The translations under genes and the position numbers were made by a program. The notes beneath the pieces are model-generated. The model had not been told where the DNA came from and searched no databases. It worked only from the letters and a program-made list of their open reading frames with translations. DNA of 64,000 bases from an uncultured Gemmatimonadaceae bacterium (lineage in GTDB: Bacteria > Gemmatimonadota > Gemmatimonadetes > Gemmatimonadales > Gemmatimonadaceae): the NCBI GenBank assembly GCA_963817955.1, contig CAWFQK010000001.1, positions 64,001 through 128,000 on the forward strand. The letters are read 5' to 3'. Shown here one piece after another: positions 47,430 to 57,611 of the stretch (its first letter is position 1; each line of letters opens with the position of its first letter).

Positions 47430-49186
47430 CAGTCGTGAACGGCGTGGGTGCGGAGCGTTACCGGCGCGGTAATGCGCAGGATCGGGAATGACTGCCGGGT
47501 TGCCATGATGTTGTCGTAGAAGCTCCACTGCGCGAGACCATCTTCACTTTCTGGCTCGAGCAGGTAGAACGTCAGTAACCCGTACGGCTGGCCGGCACGC
47601 ACGACATAGGTGCCAGCAGGAAGCGTTCGCGTGGCGGCATTGACCCACTGTCCCGTCACGTCCTTCATCATGCGCGGCGTCTCGGAACGGCCACGCTCGA
47701 TTATCGAATCCACCATGAACGACTGCGCTGTCACGGTGGCAGACTTGTCCAGCCGCTCCACGCGGATGCCATGTGTCGCCAGGATCGGCCGAATGGCGCG
47801 CGCGGTCGCCTCATCGAAGGCATACGCGAATGGCAGTGTGCTGGTGAGTGTCGGCGTGAAGCTCGCCATCACCGGCATCCTCACCAGCTTGATGATACCG
47901 GTGCGCTGGCGGTTGCCCATTCCGGGCTCGCGCTTCGTACTGTCGGTGAGCGGCAGGACGACCTCGACGCGAACGTCCTCGATACGCGTCGTGTCCATAC
48001 GAGAGCGGAGCGCGAGTCGGGGCGACGTCGCTGGATTCTTTGCCCATGCCGCAACCTGTAGGTCGCCATTCCTTCCGATCTTCATGACGTCGGCTTTGTG
48101 CTCGGCGACATACGAGAGGATCTCGCTCACGAAGTCGTATGTCGACGCCACCCGGCGATCGAACGGGTCGTGTGAGAACGCCTCGCTGAGAATCGCGATC
48201 CGGTTACGCAAGCCATAGTAGTTGGTGCCGTAGCGCGCGAATGGCTCGTAGGTCGAGAATGCCCAACCACTCGTAGGAATGGAGTCGGCGATGATCTGCT
48301 CGAGCGATGGACCACCGCGGCCGCGGCCCTGCGCCGTGCGCGGGCCGGTGCGGCTGAAATCACCGTAGTCCTGAATCTCCCATCCATCGCGCTCCCGCAT
48401 CCGCTGGCGAATTGCCGGCAGCAGGGTATTCGCCACGTAGGGAATCACATTCACGGCGGTGGGCGTGAGCGGCGGCGAGTACGTCAGTGAGTAGCCGTGG
48501 ATGCTGCCATCGGTGGTGTGGAGATCCATGAACAGATCTGGATTCCACTTGTTGAGCATCGCAAGCGAGCCACGCGTCTCGGGAGCCGACGCGCCAATGT
48601 AGTCCCGGTTGAGATTGATGCCCGATGCGTTCTGACGCGTACCAACCAACTCCGGGCCGTCTTGTGCGCCGCGGTTCTTTGCTTGCGGCCCCCACTTTTC
48701 GTTGCCGTCCGCGTTGTAGATCGGCTGCACGATCAGCACGACCGAATCGAGCACGTTCTTGTGCTTGGCGAACAACAGGTCGCGGAGCAGCGACTGCATC
48801 GCTTCCTTACCCTCGACCTCGCCCGCGTGGATGTTCGCCTGGATGTAGGCGATCGGCCGGTTGAGTCGGCGCGCTTCGGCTGGCGTCGATACCAAAGGCC
48901 GTGAAGCGATGACGTAGGGCAGCTCGCGGCCTTCGATCGTCTTGCCGATCGATCCGATCGAGATCTTCGCGCCCAGGATCTTCAGCGAATCGATAAAGGT
49001 GACGACGTCGTCATAATGCGACGTCTCAGTGAAGTTCGTTCGCTCGGCGCGAGTGAGCGGACGCTTGCCCGCGTAGCTCGCATGCGTGTACCGGCTTGCC
49101 GACGGAATCGAATGAGTATCAACCTGCTGGGCCGGCAGCGCGCTCACGGCGCTCACGGCGAACAGGAAGAGCGCGACACGGCGCAT
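47429..49186 (-). CDS. Secreted M14 family zinc carboxypeptidase
   Basis: Signal peptide, HAGE, NADG, NLNRD, DLHTTDG, LLEPES.DG. Confidence 0.9.
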   Translation of the reverse strand: MRRVALFLFAVSAVSALPAQQVDTHSIPSASRYTHASYAGKRPLTRAERTNFTETSHYDDVVTFIDSLKILGAKISIGSIGKTIEGRELPYVIASRPLVSTPAEARRLNRPIAYIQANIHAGEVEGKEAMQSLLRDLLFAKHKNVLDSVVLIVQPIYNADGNEKWGPQAKNRGAQDGPELVGTRQNASGINLNRDYIGASAPETRGSLAMLNKWNPDLFMDLHTTDGSIHGYSLTYSPPLTPTAVNVIPYVANTLLPAIRQRMRERDGWEIQDYGDFSRTGPRTAQGRGRGGPSLEQIIADSIPTSGWAFSTYEPFARYGTNYYGLRNRIAILSEAFSHDPFDRRVASTYDFVSEILSYVAEHKADVMKIGRNGDLQVAAWAKNPATSPRLALRSRMDTTRIEDVRVEVVLPLTDSTKREPGMGNRQRTGIIKLVRMPVMASFTPTLTSTLPFAYAFDEATARAIRPILATHGIRVERLDKSATVTAQSFMVDSIIERGRSETPRMMKDVTGQWVNAATRTLPAGTYVVRAGQPYGLLTFYLLEPESEDGLAQWSFYDNIMATRQSFPILRITAPVTLRTHAVHD

Positions 49187-49241
49187 GAATTCCCCAGTTG
49201 CGTAGAGACGGGGAATTGTACCCGATGAGTCGGTCTGAACG

Positions 49242-49850
49242 CTACTCTGAAGGTTTCTGTGTGGTGCTGGCGTGCAGGGCGAGTCCGCGGGCGCGCGTGG
49301 TGGCGGCCACGCTGGGGTCCGCCCCGCGATCGATATCGGTGCGCACATTCCGTTGGAACAGCGACAGGTCCGGATCCTTGACTCCGGCGCGCTCGAGCTG
49401 GATCACGAGCGCCGATGCGGTGGCGATCGGGACGCCGCGGCCCACCAGATCGGTGAGGACAGCGAGTGGCATGGTCACAGGCCGTTTCCCGGTTGCCGCA
49501 CGCAGCAGGGCGAGATCGCGCAGCGACACGCCGGCGTCGAGCGCCGTCGCGGCCGCCCTGATCTCGTCGGCATTCGCGGTGCCCAGCGCACGCTTGGCCG
49601 AGCCCATTCGGACATAGAGCTGATGAACCGCAGCCACGATCTTTGGGCCGTCAGAGGCCTTGGCAGCGCCCTCGAGCGCTTTGTCCGCAAGCGGAGCCGC
49701 CGGCAGCTTTGCGTACCGCGCCGAGTCAATGATGGCGTTCACGGCTGCAGAGGTGGTCTTGTCGAGACGAACGGCGAGGCGCGCATCCTGTGCGACGCCA
49801 ACCCGCGCCAAGAGCATCAGGACGACGAGCGCACGCGACCCTGCAATCAT
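49242..49850 (-). CDS. Secreted all-helical hypothetical protein in the ECF sigma operon
   Basis: Signal peptide (..GVAQD), LP..PL..KALEG.AK motif, ATGA overlap with the upstream gene. Confidence 0.78.
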   Translation of the reverse strand: MIAGSRALVVLMLLARVGVAQDARLAVRLDKTTSAAVNAIIDSARYAKLPAAPLADKALEGAAKASDGPKIVAAVHQLYVRMGSAKRALGTANADEIRAAATALDAGVSLRDLALLRAATGKRPVTMPLAVLTDLVGRGVPIATASALVIQLERAGVKDPDLSLFQRNVRTDIDRGADPSVAATTRARGLALHASTTQKPSE

Positions 49851-50434
49851 TGCTGCTCTGGAACGACCAGGGCAGAAGCGGGCTGACCAAAGTCGGTGTC
49901 GATCACTCTCGGCGCGGTGGGATCGGCCACCCAGACGCTATCGTCCACAACGAAGGAATACCGATGGTGACCGACAGGTACCGACGCGGTCACGGACCAC
50001 ACGCCGCCACCACGTTGCAGCGCCTGATACCCGGTGTGCGATATGTCCCATCCGTTGAAATCGCCGACCACTGCCACCTTCTTGGCGTCCCGTGCAACGA
50101 GCACAAACTGAACGCGTTGCGGCTTCTGGACCCGCTTGGCGCTCGGGAAGAGCGCCGTAGCGATCGGTTGTGCCGCACGATTCAGATCGACCGGAGCGTG
50201 TGCCAGGCCCAGAACGGCGAAAACCGCCACCGACGCGGCCAGAAGACCCCACGACAGTGGCATCACGGTGACCGTGCGCGGAGTCGTTAGCCGCGACCAC
50301 AGTCCCAACCGCGAATGACGAGGCAGTTGGCGCACCGCCGCCATGACGCGCGCGTCAAATCCGTCGGCGACCCGAACCGGGCGGCGGAGCTCGTGCGCGA
50401 TCTGTCTCATCCTGCCCTCATGCTCGTCATGCAT
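49847..50434 (-). CDS. Putative anti-sigma factor with TM helix and CBM48/AMPK-type glycogen-binding domain
   Basis: N-terminal DGFDARVMAAV helix, one TM, then VQF...A..V.VVGDFNGW...W......G...Y.FVVD..W..DP. Confidence 0.85.
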   Translation of the reverse strand: MHDEHEGRMRQIAHELRRPVRVADGFDARVMAAVRQLPRHSRLGLWSRLTTPRTVTVMPLSWGLLAASVAVFAVLGLAHAPVDLNRAAQPIATALFPSAKRVQKPQRVQFVLVARDAKKVAVVGDFNGWDISHTGYQALQRGGGVWSVTASVPVGHHRYSFVVDDSVWVADPTAPRVIDTDFGQPASALVVPEQQ

Positions 50435-50972
50435 TCTGCACCTCACTCAGCAGCTCACGTAGGCGGTCACAGGCGCGCATGACCCGCATCTTCAGCGCCG
50501 ACACTCCCACTCCGGTGAGTAGCGACATCTCGTCGTATCCCATATCCTCGACATACTTCAGGAGGAATGCCTCCCGCTGGTCGGGACGAAGCTGCTGCAG
50601 TGCTCGGTCGATCTCCTCTCGCCAGGCTTGTTGTTCCGCCGGATGCTCCTCCGATGCATCGAGCACGGCGTTTTCGTCTACGACGAACGTCCGTGCGCGA
50701 CGACCGCGGCGCGCCCCCAACGTACGGCAGCGATTCACGAGGATGCGGAACAGCCATGCGCCGAAGCGCTCCGGATCTTCGCACCTCGCCAGCGACCGAT
50801 ACGCGCGCGTGAACGCGTCCTGCAACGCCTCTTCGGCGTCCTCACGATTCGCGAGCATGTGCAAGGCATATCGGGCATACCGGTCGCGATACTGCTCGAC
50901 CAGGACGGCGAATGCCTCCACGTCCCCGCGCAACACGCGTGCAACGATCACTGCGTCGGAACTAGCTTCCAC
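50427..50972 (-). CDS. ECF RNA polymerase sigma factor
   Basis: GD.EAF..LV..Y, DAEEALQDAF..AY, F..WLFRI..N, L..L...QREAFLL.Y.E.M.Y.EM region 4. Confidence 0.95.
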   Translation of the reverse strand: MEASSDAVIVARVLRGDVEAFAVLVEQYRDRYARYALHMLANREDAEEALQDAFTRAYRSLARCEDPERFGAWLFRILVNRCRTLGARRGRRARTFVVDENAVLDASEEHPAEQQAWREEIDRALQQLRPDQREAFLLKYVEDMGYDEMSLLTGVGVSALKMRVMRACDRLRELLSEVQNA

Positions 50973-50979
50973 GGAGCAC

Positions 50980-51007
50980 AGACCTGGGGAGCTTTGGGAG
51001 GGTCACA
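50980..51007 (-). promoter_or_regulatory. Candidate autoregulatory ECF promoter (leaderless)
   Basis: TGTGACC-N16-GGTCT on the minus strand, ending 7 nt before the GTG start. No Shine-Dalgarno sequence. Confidence 0.45.
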
Positions 51008-51012
51008 CTAAC

Positions 51013-53181
51013 TCAGTAAAACAACTTTCGCCCGCGCGCCATGTCCACCAGCAATTCGGCTGGCGCGAACCGAGGCTCGAAACGAACGTTTAGGTCTTCC
51101 AGTCGGTCTACAATCTGCGGCGCGCCAACGCTATCCACGTAGCGGAATGGGCCGCCTCGGAATGGCGGAAAGCCAATGCCGAACACCGCGCCTATGTCGC
51201 CATCGCGCGGCGAATGGAGAATGCCCTCCTCGAGACAACGCGCCGCCTCATTTACCATCGCAAGGACGCAGCGTTCCACGATCTCATCCGCCGGTACGTC
51301 GCGCCGCTGGCCACCGATGATCTCGTAAACGGTCTCGTCCACTGGCCCCTTCTTCCCTGCCGCGTCGTACCGATAGAAGCCCGTACCCCCTTTGCGCCCC
51401 GTGCGGCCGGCAACGACCAGTTTCCGCATCCCCTCCGAGGGCGACATCCGCGCGCCAAACGCCTCGAACAGCACCAGGCCCACTTTCCCGCCAACGTCCA
51501 GGCCTACCTCGTCGAGCAGCGTAATGGGACCGACGGGAAAGCCAAACTCGACCAGCGCCTTGTCGATCGCTTCGATTGACGCGCCTTCGTCGAGCAGCTT
51601 TCCTGCTTCGTTGATGTACGCCGATAAGGTGCGCGTCGTGTAGAAGCCCGGTCCGTCGTTCACGACAATCACAGTCTTGCCCAGTCTCTTGCCATACGCC
51701 ACGGCAGACACCGTCGCCTCCGCATCGGTGCGCGCCGTCACGATCACCTCGAGCAGCGGCATCTTGTGCACGGGCGAGAAGAAGTGCATTCCCAGCACGC
51801 GTTCGGGATGCCTGGCCACGGCAGCGATTCGCGTGATTGGGATGGTGCTCGTATTCGACGCGTAGATCGCCGACGGATCGATGGCCGGCTCCACTTCCTC
51901 GAGCACCCGGTGTTTCAGCGCCAGATCCTCGAACACCGCTTCGATCACGAGATCGGCCGACTCAAAGCCCGAGTAGTCCGTGGTGCCGCCGACCAGGCTC
52001 AGATAGTCGTCGAACTTCTGCCGCGTGATCTGTTTGCGGGTCAGCCGTTCCTGCAGCACGCCACGAATGGACGCGAGTCCCTTTCCGATGCGCGCCGTAT
52101 CGGTGTCCTTGAGCCGGACCGAAGTGCCTTGCTGCACGGCAATCGACGCGATTCCCGCCCCCATGAAGCCCGCTCCGAGCACACCGAGCTTCCGGATGTC
52201 GCGGGCCGCAGGCGCCGGCCCGTCTACTCCCGGGTCCTTCTTCAGCGAATTGCTGGCGAAGAAGAGGAACACGAGCTGGCGCGACACATCGGTCATCGCC
52301 ATTTCGCCGAACAGGCGTGCTTCCTCCTTCAGGCCGGCCTCAAAGCCTCGGGAATACCCCGCCTGCACTGCCTCCAGAGCAGCCAGCGGCGCTGGATATT
52401 GACCGTGCGTCTTCTCCAGGACGCTCGCGCGCGCCTTCTTGAACACCACGTTGCGGCCGAGCGGGTTGTGCTCGAGCAGCAGGCTCGTGGCACCGTGACT
52501 ACCGCCACGCGGCGCCTTCCGCGTGCCCTCGCCAAGGGAGCGCGCACGGTCGATCGCCACGTCGCGCAGAATGGCCGGGTGTACCATCTCGTGCACGAGC
52601 CCCATCTGCAGCGCACGCCGGGCACGGATGTTCCGGCCGGTGAGGATCATATCGAGCGCCGCCTGCAGCCCGATCTGCCGTGGCAGACGCTGGGTACCGC
52701 CCATGCCTGGCGTCACGCCAAGCTGCACTTCGGGCAGCGCGAGCGTCGTCTTTGGATGATCTGTGCAGATCCGGTAGCGGCAGGCCAGCGCCGTCTCCAG
52801 GCCGCCGCCGAGACACGCGCCGTGGATTGCCGCGACCACTGGTGTCCGCAGCTTCTCGAGACGGTTCAGCAGGTCCTGCCCCATGCGGCTCACCCGTTCG
52901 GCGTCGGCCGCGACGCGAAAGGTCTGGAACTGCTCGATGTCGGCACCGGCGATGAAGCTGTCCGGCTTGCCGGAAATCAACACCACTCCCTTAATGAGTG
53001 GATCTTCATCGATGCGAAGGAACAGCCCCTCGAACTCGCCGACCAGCGACGGACTGAGGGTATTCACCGGCGCATTTGGCTGGTCGATCGTGACGATCAG
53101 AATGTCGTCGACGAGCTCGGAAGTCAGCGTCTGCACGCCCTCGCCGCTCGCCACGGTTCCCACTCGGCTCGCGGTGCTCAT
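51013..53181 (-). CDS. fadJ: Fatty acid oxidation complex alpha subunit (enoyl-CoA hydratase / 3-hydroxyacyl-CoA dehydrogenase)
   Basis: FIAGADI, CLGGGLE, LPEVQLG..PG.GGTQRLPR, GAGFMGAGIA, EAVFE, SNTS, GMHFFSPV, GFPPFRGGP. Confidence 0.93.
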   Translation of the reverse strand: MSTASRVGTVASGEGVQTLTSELVDDILIVTIDQPNAPVNTLSPSLVGEFEGLFLRIDEDPLIKGVVLISGKPDSFIAGADIEQFQTFRVAADAERVSRMGQDLLNRLEKLRTPVVAAIHGACLGGGLETALACRYRICTDHPKTTLALPEVQLGVTPGMGGTQRLPRQIGLQAALDMILTGRNIRARRALQMGLVHEMVHPAILRDVAIDRARSLGEGTRKAPRGGSHGATSLLLEHNPLGRNVVFKKARASVLEKTHGQYPAPLAALEAVQAGYSRGFEAGLKEEARLFGEMAMTDVSRQLVFLFFASNSLKKDPGVDGPAPAARDIRKLGVLGAGFMGAGIASIAVQQGTSVRLKDTDTARIGKGLASIRGVLQERLTRKQITRQKFDDYLSLVGGTTDYSGFESADLVIEAVFEDLALKHRVLEEVEPAIDPSAIYASNTSTIPITRIAAVARHPERVLGMHFFSPVHKMPLLEVIVTARTDAEATVSAVAYGKRLGKTVIVVNDGPGFYTTRTLSAYINEAGKLLDEGASIEAIDKALVEFGFPVGPITLLDEVGLDVGGKVGLVLFEAFGARMSPSEGMRKLVVAGRTGRKGGTGFYRYDAAGKKGPVDETVYEIIGGQRRDVPADEIVERCVLAMVNEAARCLEEGILHSPRDGDIGAVFGIGFPPFRGGPFRYVDSVGAPQIVDRLEDLNVRFEPRFAPAELLVDMARGRKLFY

Positions 53182-54476
53182 GCGCGTTCGATTACCATGG
53201 CGTGTCCCATGCCTCCTGCAGCGCAAACGGTCATCAACCCGAACTGCCCGCCGCGGCGCACCAGTTCGTTGGCGAGCGTCGTCAGAATGCGGCCGCCCGT
53301 CGCGCCGAACGGATGCCCGATGGCGATGGATCCACCCATCACATTCAGCTTCGATCGATCGACGGCACCCACCGGCTCGGAATATCCAGCACGTTCGGCC
53401 CAGTAGCGCGATTCGAATCCCCTGAGATTGCACAGCACCTGCGCGGCGAATGCTTCGTGCATCTCGACGAGATCCATGTCTTGGAGCGACAGGCCGGCGC
53501 GGCGGAGCGCCACAGGCGCGGCAAGCACGGGACCCATGAGCAGTTGTTCGCCCGGATCGAGCGCCGCATAGGCGTACGATCGGATGAAGGCGAGCGGCTG
53601 ATATCCGAGCGTGCTCGCCCGCTCTTCACTCATCAGGAGCACCGCGCTCGCGCCGTCGGTGAGCGGCGACGAATTGGCGGCGGTAACGGTGCCGTACGCC
53701 TTGTCGAATACCGGCTTCAACGCCCGCAGCTGCTCGATCGACGTTTCCGTCCTGATACCGTTGTCGCTCGTCAGGACCGTCTCGAACCGTGGCGGCACAT
53801 AGACGGGAACGATTTCCGCCGTGAGGCGGCCGTCCTCCGTGCCCACCGCGGCCATCCGGTGCGAGCGCAGGGCAAACTGATCCTGCTCCTCGCGCGGAAT
53901 GTGGTTGATCTTCGCCATCTTCTCCGCCGACTGGCCCATGGTCTCGCCAGTGGACGGCTCGGCAATCGCCGGCGTGATCGGTACGAGATCGCGCGGACGA
54001 ATGGACGCCACGATCCGGAGCTGTGCCGCCGGGCCCTTGGCACGCGACAACGCGACGAGCTTGTCGGACATGCTGCGGGAGTGCAGGATCGGGACGTTCG
54101 ACAACGACTCAGCGCCTCCGGCAATGATCACGTCGTGATGCCCGAGCACGATCTGGTCGGCAGCGTCGGTGATGGCCTGATTGGCCGACGCGCACGCGCG
54201 GCTCACCGTGTAGGCCTCGCAGCCGCGAGGCAGTATGGGCAGGAGCGAGACTTCGCGCGCAATGTTCGGCGCAATGACTGATGGCACGACCGTGCCATAC
54301 ACGACCGCTTCAACGAGATCGCTGTCGAGATTCGTGCGTTGCACCAGCTCAGCCACGCAACGTTTGCCGAGCTCGATGGCGCTGAGGTGCTTGAGTGTCG
54401 TGCCGGCGCGCGCAAAGGGCGTCCGGACACCGGCAACGATGGCGACGCGTCGCCCGGGGGTGCCGAGAGATGGCAT
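53178..54476 (-). CDS. fadI: 3-ketoacyl-CoA thiolase
   Basis: GVRTPF, PNIARE, SRACAS, GGAESLS, NSSPLTDGA, HEAFAAQ, GHPFGATG, CAAGG. Confidence 0.93.
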   Translation of the reverse strand: MPSLGTPGRRVAIVAGVRTPFARAGTTLKHLSAIELGKRCVAELVQRTNLDSDLVEAVVYGTVVPSVIAPNIAREVSLLPILPRGCEAYTVSRACASANQAITDAADQIVLGHHDVIIAGGAESLSNVPILHSRSMSDKLVALSRAKGPAAQLRIVASIRPRDLVPITPAIAEPSTGETMGQSAEKMAKINHIPREEQDQFALRSHRMAAVGTEDGRLTAEIVPVYVPPRFETVLTSDNGIRTETSIEQLRALKPVFDKAYGTVTAANSSPLTDGASAVLLMSEERASTLGYQPLAFIRSYAYAALDPGEQLLMGPVLAAPVALRRAGLSLQDMDLVEMHEAFAAQVLCNLRGFESRYWAERAGYSEPVGAVDRSKLNVMGGSIAIGHPFGATGGRILTTLANELVRRGGQFGLMTVCAAGGMGHAMVIERA

Positions 54477-54567
54477 GCTGCAAACTGGCTGGCGCCGGGC
54501 GACGGTGGAAGGGCAGAACGCCTGACCGGCATCGGGAGATGAGCCCCCGTGCTTTACTATTCACTCG

Positions 54568-56184
54568 ATGACCGTTCCCATCTTTCTGGCGGATCGACTC
54601 GCATCCCTGGGCGCGCGGGCGTTCGACCTGCTCGTCATTGGCGGGGGCATTACCGGGTGCGGCATCGCGCGAGACGCAGCGCTCCGTGGGCTGTCGGTCG
54701 CGCTCGTGGAGAAGGATGACTTCGCCAGCGGTACGTCCAGCCGGTCGTCGCGCCTCGTGCACGGCGGGGTGCGCTACCTCGAGCACGGTCACGTGCACCT
54801 CGTGTTCGAATCGAGCGCCGAGCGCAGACGGCTGCTGGCGATGGCCCCACACCTCGTGCGACCGCTCCAGTTCACCTGGCCGGTATACGCCGGCGCACGC
54901 ATCCCGCGCTGGAAGCTGGGGGCCGGGCTGCTCCTCTACGATGCACTTGCCCTGTTTCGCAACGTCGGACGCCACAAGCGCTTGTCGCGCAATGACGTTC
55001 TCCTCGCTGAACCAATGCTTCGTGAAGACGGCCTGCGCGGTGGTGCCATGTACTATGACGCGGCCACGAACGATGCGCGGCTGACCCTCGCCAATGCCAT
55101 CGGCGCGGCCCAAGCGGGAGCGGTCGTGGTGAACCATGCCGCCGTCACGGCGCTCCTGTTCGACGACGGACGCGTAATCGGTGCGACTGTACGCGACTCT
55201 CAGAACGCGACCACAGTCGAGGTGCGCGCCAGCGTCGTCGTGAATGCTACGGGTCCGTGGAACGACGACGTACGGCACCTCGACCAGGAATCCGGTGCCA
55301 CGGTGCGGGGGAGCAAGGGCGTCCACATCGCGGTGCCGCGCGATCGCATCGGAAACACCCACGCCGTTACACTCATCTCGCCCATTGATGGACGCGTGCT
55401 GTTCGTCTTGCCGGCGAACGGGCATACGATCGTTGGCACCACGGACACCTACACCACGTCGTCGCCCGACGACGTACGTGCAACGAACGCCGACGTGCAG
55501 TATCTGCTCGATGCAGCGAACGTGTTCTTTCCCGCTGCGCATCTGACGTGCGACGATGTCGTGAGTGCCTGGGCCGGCATCCGCCCACTGCTGCCCACCA
55601 AAGGCACCACACCGGGAGCAGTGACTCGTGAGCACGCGATTGCCACGAGTCCGAGCGGCCTCGTGTCGATCACCGGAGGGAAGCTGACTACCTACCGCAT
55701 CATGGCAGCCGACGTCATGGATCTCGTGTGCCAGCGGCTCGGGCGCCAGGCAGGCGAGGATCGCGCGAAGTTCATTCCTCTTCCGGGCGGCGAATTCACG
55801 TCACTCGTTCAGCTGATTGCCGACGCCGCACGTGTGACGAAGGATGTGGACCTGGCGGGGCATCTCGCCGGCACCTTCGGAACCACGTGGCCCGCGGTCT
55901 GGAGCGAGATCATCGTCGGCGACGGACGCACACGGCTCGACGACGCGCTTCCCTACACGCTTGGTGAGCTACGCTACTCGGTTCGTCACGAGTTCGCGCG
56001 CTCCCTCGGCGATCTGCTCATCCGCCGCACCCACCTCGCGTTCGAGACGCGCGATCACGGACTCGACGCCGCGCCATGCGCCGCAGCCACCGCCGCACCG
56101 CTGCTCGGCTGGTCCAAGACAGATACCCAGCAAGCCGTTCAGGACTACGCCGCGGAAGCCGAGCGTATTTTCACGATCGACTGA
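54568..56184 (+). CDS. glpD: FAD-dependent glycerol-3-phosphate dehydrogenase
   Basis: IGGGITGCG.A.DAA.RGL, DFASGTSSRSS.LVHGG.RYLE, NATGPW, SKGVH, GTTD, GGKLTTYR. Confidence 0.93.
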   Translation: MTVPIFLADRLASLGARAFDLLVIGGGITGCGIARDAALRGLSVALVEKDDFASGTSSRSSRLVHGGVRYLEHGHVHLVFESSAERRRLLAMAPHLVRPLQFTWPVYAGARIPRWKLGAGLLLYDALALFRNVGRHKRLSRNDVLLAEPMLREDGLRGGAMYYDAATNDARLTLANAIGAAQAGAVVVNHAAVTALLFDDGRVIGATVRDSQNATTVEVRASVVVNATGPWNDDVRHLDQESGATVRGSKGVHIAVPRDRIGNTHAVTLISPIDGRVLFVLPANGHTIVGTTDTYTTSSPDDVRATNADVQYLLDAANVFFPAAHLTCDDVVSAWAGIRPLLPTKGTTPGAVTREHAIATSPSGLVSITGGKLTTYRIMAADVMDLVCQRLGRQAGEDRAKFIPLPGGEFTSLVQLIADAARVTKDVDLAGHLAGTFGTTWPAVWSEIIVGDGRTRLDDALPYTLGELRYSVRHEFARSLGDLLIRRTHLAFETRDHGLDAAPCAAATAAPLLGWSKTDTQQAVQDYAAEAERIFTID

Positions 56185-56196
56185 TCCGCGGGCAGG

Positions 56197-56679
56197 CTAG
56201 ACAGCGTCTTCCTTGATGTCGTGGATCGTGCGCAGTTCCAGGACCGTGAGCTGGCGGACCATGGTGGGCAACCTGAGAAACGCCACTTCGCCCACTGCCT
56301 TGCCAAGGAGCGCGCGACCGATCGGCGAGGCCATCGTGACGTGTCCCTCCTCGAACTCAACCGCATCACCAAACACCAAAAAATACGTTTCCTTCTCGGA
56401 CGTCTTCAGGTCCTCCACCACGACCTTGGAGCCGAGACCGACACGGTCGGATGGAATCTGGGCCAGATCGATCGACGAGAGCTTACTCAAACGCTCCCGG
56501 AGCTGGCCCAGACGGGCCATGACGAACTGCTGCCGCTCGAGCGCAGCCTTGTACTCGCTGTTCTCGCGCAGGTCGCCCAGCTCAACGGCCTTCCGAATCT
56601 CATTGGGAAGCGTGACGTTCAGCTCGTATTGCAGCTTTTCGACCTCTCCCCCGAGCTTTTGTTTCAGCGCTTCGATCAT
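56197..56679 (-). CDS. greA: Transcription elongation factor GreA
   Basis: GDLRENSEY acidic tip, V.LGS.V, SPIGRALLG..VG. Confidence 0.93.
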   Translation of the reverse strand: MIEALKQKLGGEVEKLQYELNVTLPNEIRKAVELGDLRENSEYKAALERQQFVMARLGQLRERLSKLSSIDLAQIPSDRVGLGSKVVVEDLKTSEKETYFLVFGDAVEFEEGHVTMASPIGRALLGKAVGEVAFLRLPTMVRQLTVLELRTIHDIKEDAV

Positions 56680-56801
56680 ATTCGTTGGAGCTTCTATCGG
56701 CGACAAAAGTTGAGCGCCCGGCCGGAGAGGCCGGGCGCAATCGACATGAGGAAGTCTATCCCCCAGCCCACGCTCTGGCAAAGACCAGGCCGGACCAGGC
56801 G

Positions 56802-57602
56802 ATGCTCGAGATACAGCAATACGGCGATGTGGTGCGATTGCGGATGAGCAGTGCCGGTAGCCGAGTGGCCGGCCTGGACGTCAGCGCCTATGTCGTACGC
56901 GGCGTGATGATTGACTGCGGCTTCCACCGCGCGCGTGTGGCCATCAGCTCAGCCGTGCGGACGCTCGGCGTGCACGGCATCATCGTCACACACTGGCATG
57001 AGGATCATGCCGGCAACGTCGCGCTGTTCGCCAGCCGCGGCATTCCGCTCCTGGTCCGCGCCGACACGGAAGCCACGCTTCGACAGCGCCCGGACATCCA
57101 GCTCTACCGTCGCTTCGCGTGGGGACTTCCGCCGGCACTGACCGCCGCAATCACGAAATTCGAGAGCGCGGACCTGCAGACGCACCATACCCCAGGGCAC
57201 TCCGCAGACCATCAGGTGGTGTTCGACCGGCAGACTGGAACATTGTTTTCCGGCGACCTCTGGCTCGGCGTGCGCGCGCGGGTGCTGCATGCGTCGGAAG
57301 ATCCGTACGAGATTGTCGCGAGTCTGCGCGTGGCCGCAGCTCTGTTGCCCGATCGAATGTTCGACGCACACCGCGGCTTCGTGTCCGACCCCGTGAACGC
57401 GCTCAACGCAAAAGCCGAGTGGCTGACGCAGACACTCGGCGACGTCGAACGCAAGATCGCCGCGGGCTGGGCCGACGCGGCGATCGTCAAGGACGTGCTC
57501 GGGGGCGAAGATCGCACCGCGATTGCGTCCCGCGGAGACTACTCGCGGAGAAACCTGGTGAAGGCGGTACGACGGCGATTGGCGGCAGACTCTGCGCGAT
57601 AG
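56802..57602 (+). CDS. Metallo-beta-lactamase fold hydrolase
   Basis: IDCG, THWHEDHAG, TPGHS.DH, FSGD, DAH. Confidence 0.92.
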   Translation: MLEIQQYGDVVRLRMSSAGSRVAGLDVSAYVVRGVMIDCGFHRARVAISSAVRTLGVHGIIVTHWHEDHAGNVALFASRGIPLLVRADTEATLRQRPDIQLYRRFAWGLPPALTAAITKFESADLQTHHTPGHSADHQVVFDRQTGTLFSGDLWLGVRARVLHASEDPYEIVASLRVAAALLPDRMFDAHRGFVSDPVNALNAKAEWLTQTLGDVERKIAAGWADAAIVKDVLGGEDRTAIASRGDYSRRNLVKAVRRRLAADSAR

Positions 57603-57611
57603 GCGATCGCT

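Noticed and set aside
51766..53406. Long antisense or alternate-frame ORFs (also 15910-17076, 38655-39917, 5808-7187, 54349-55635)
   Set aside because: These are shadow ORFs expected in high-GC DNA overlapping well-supported genes.
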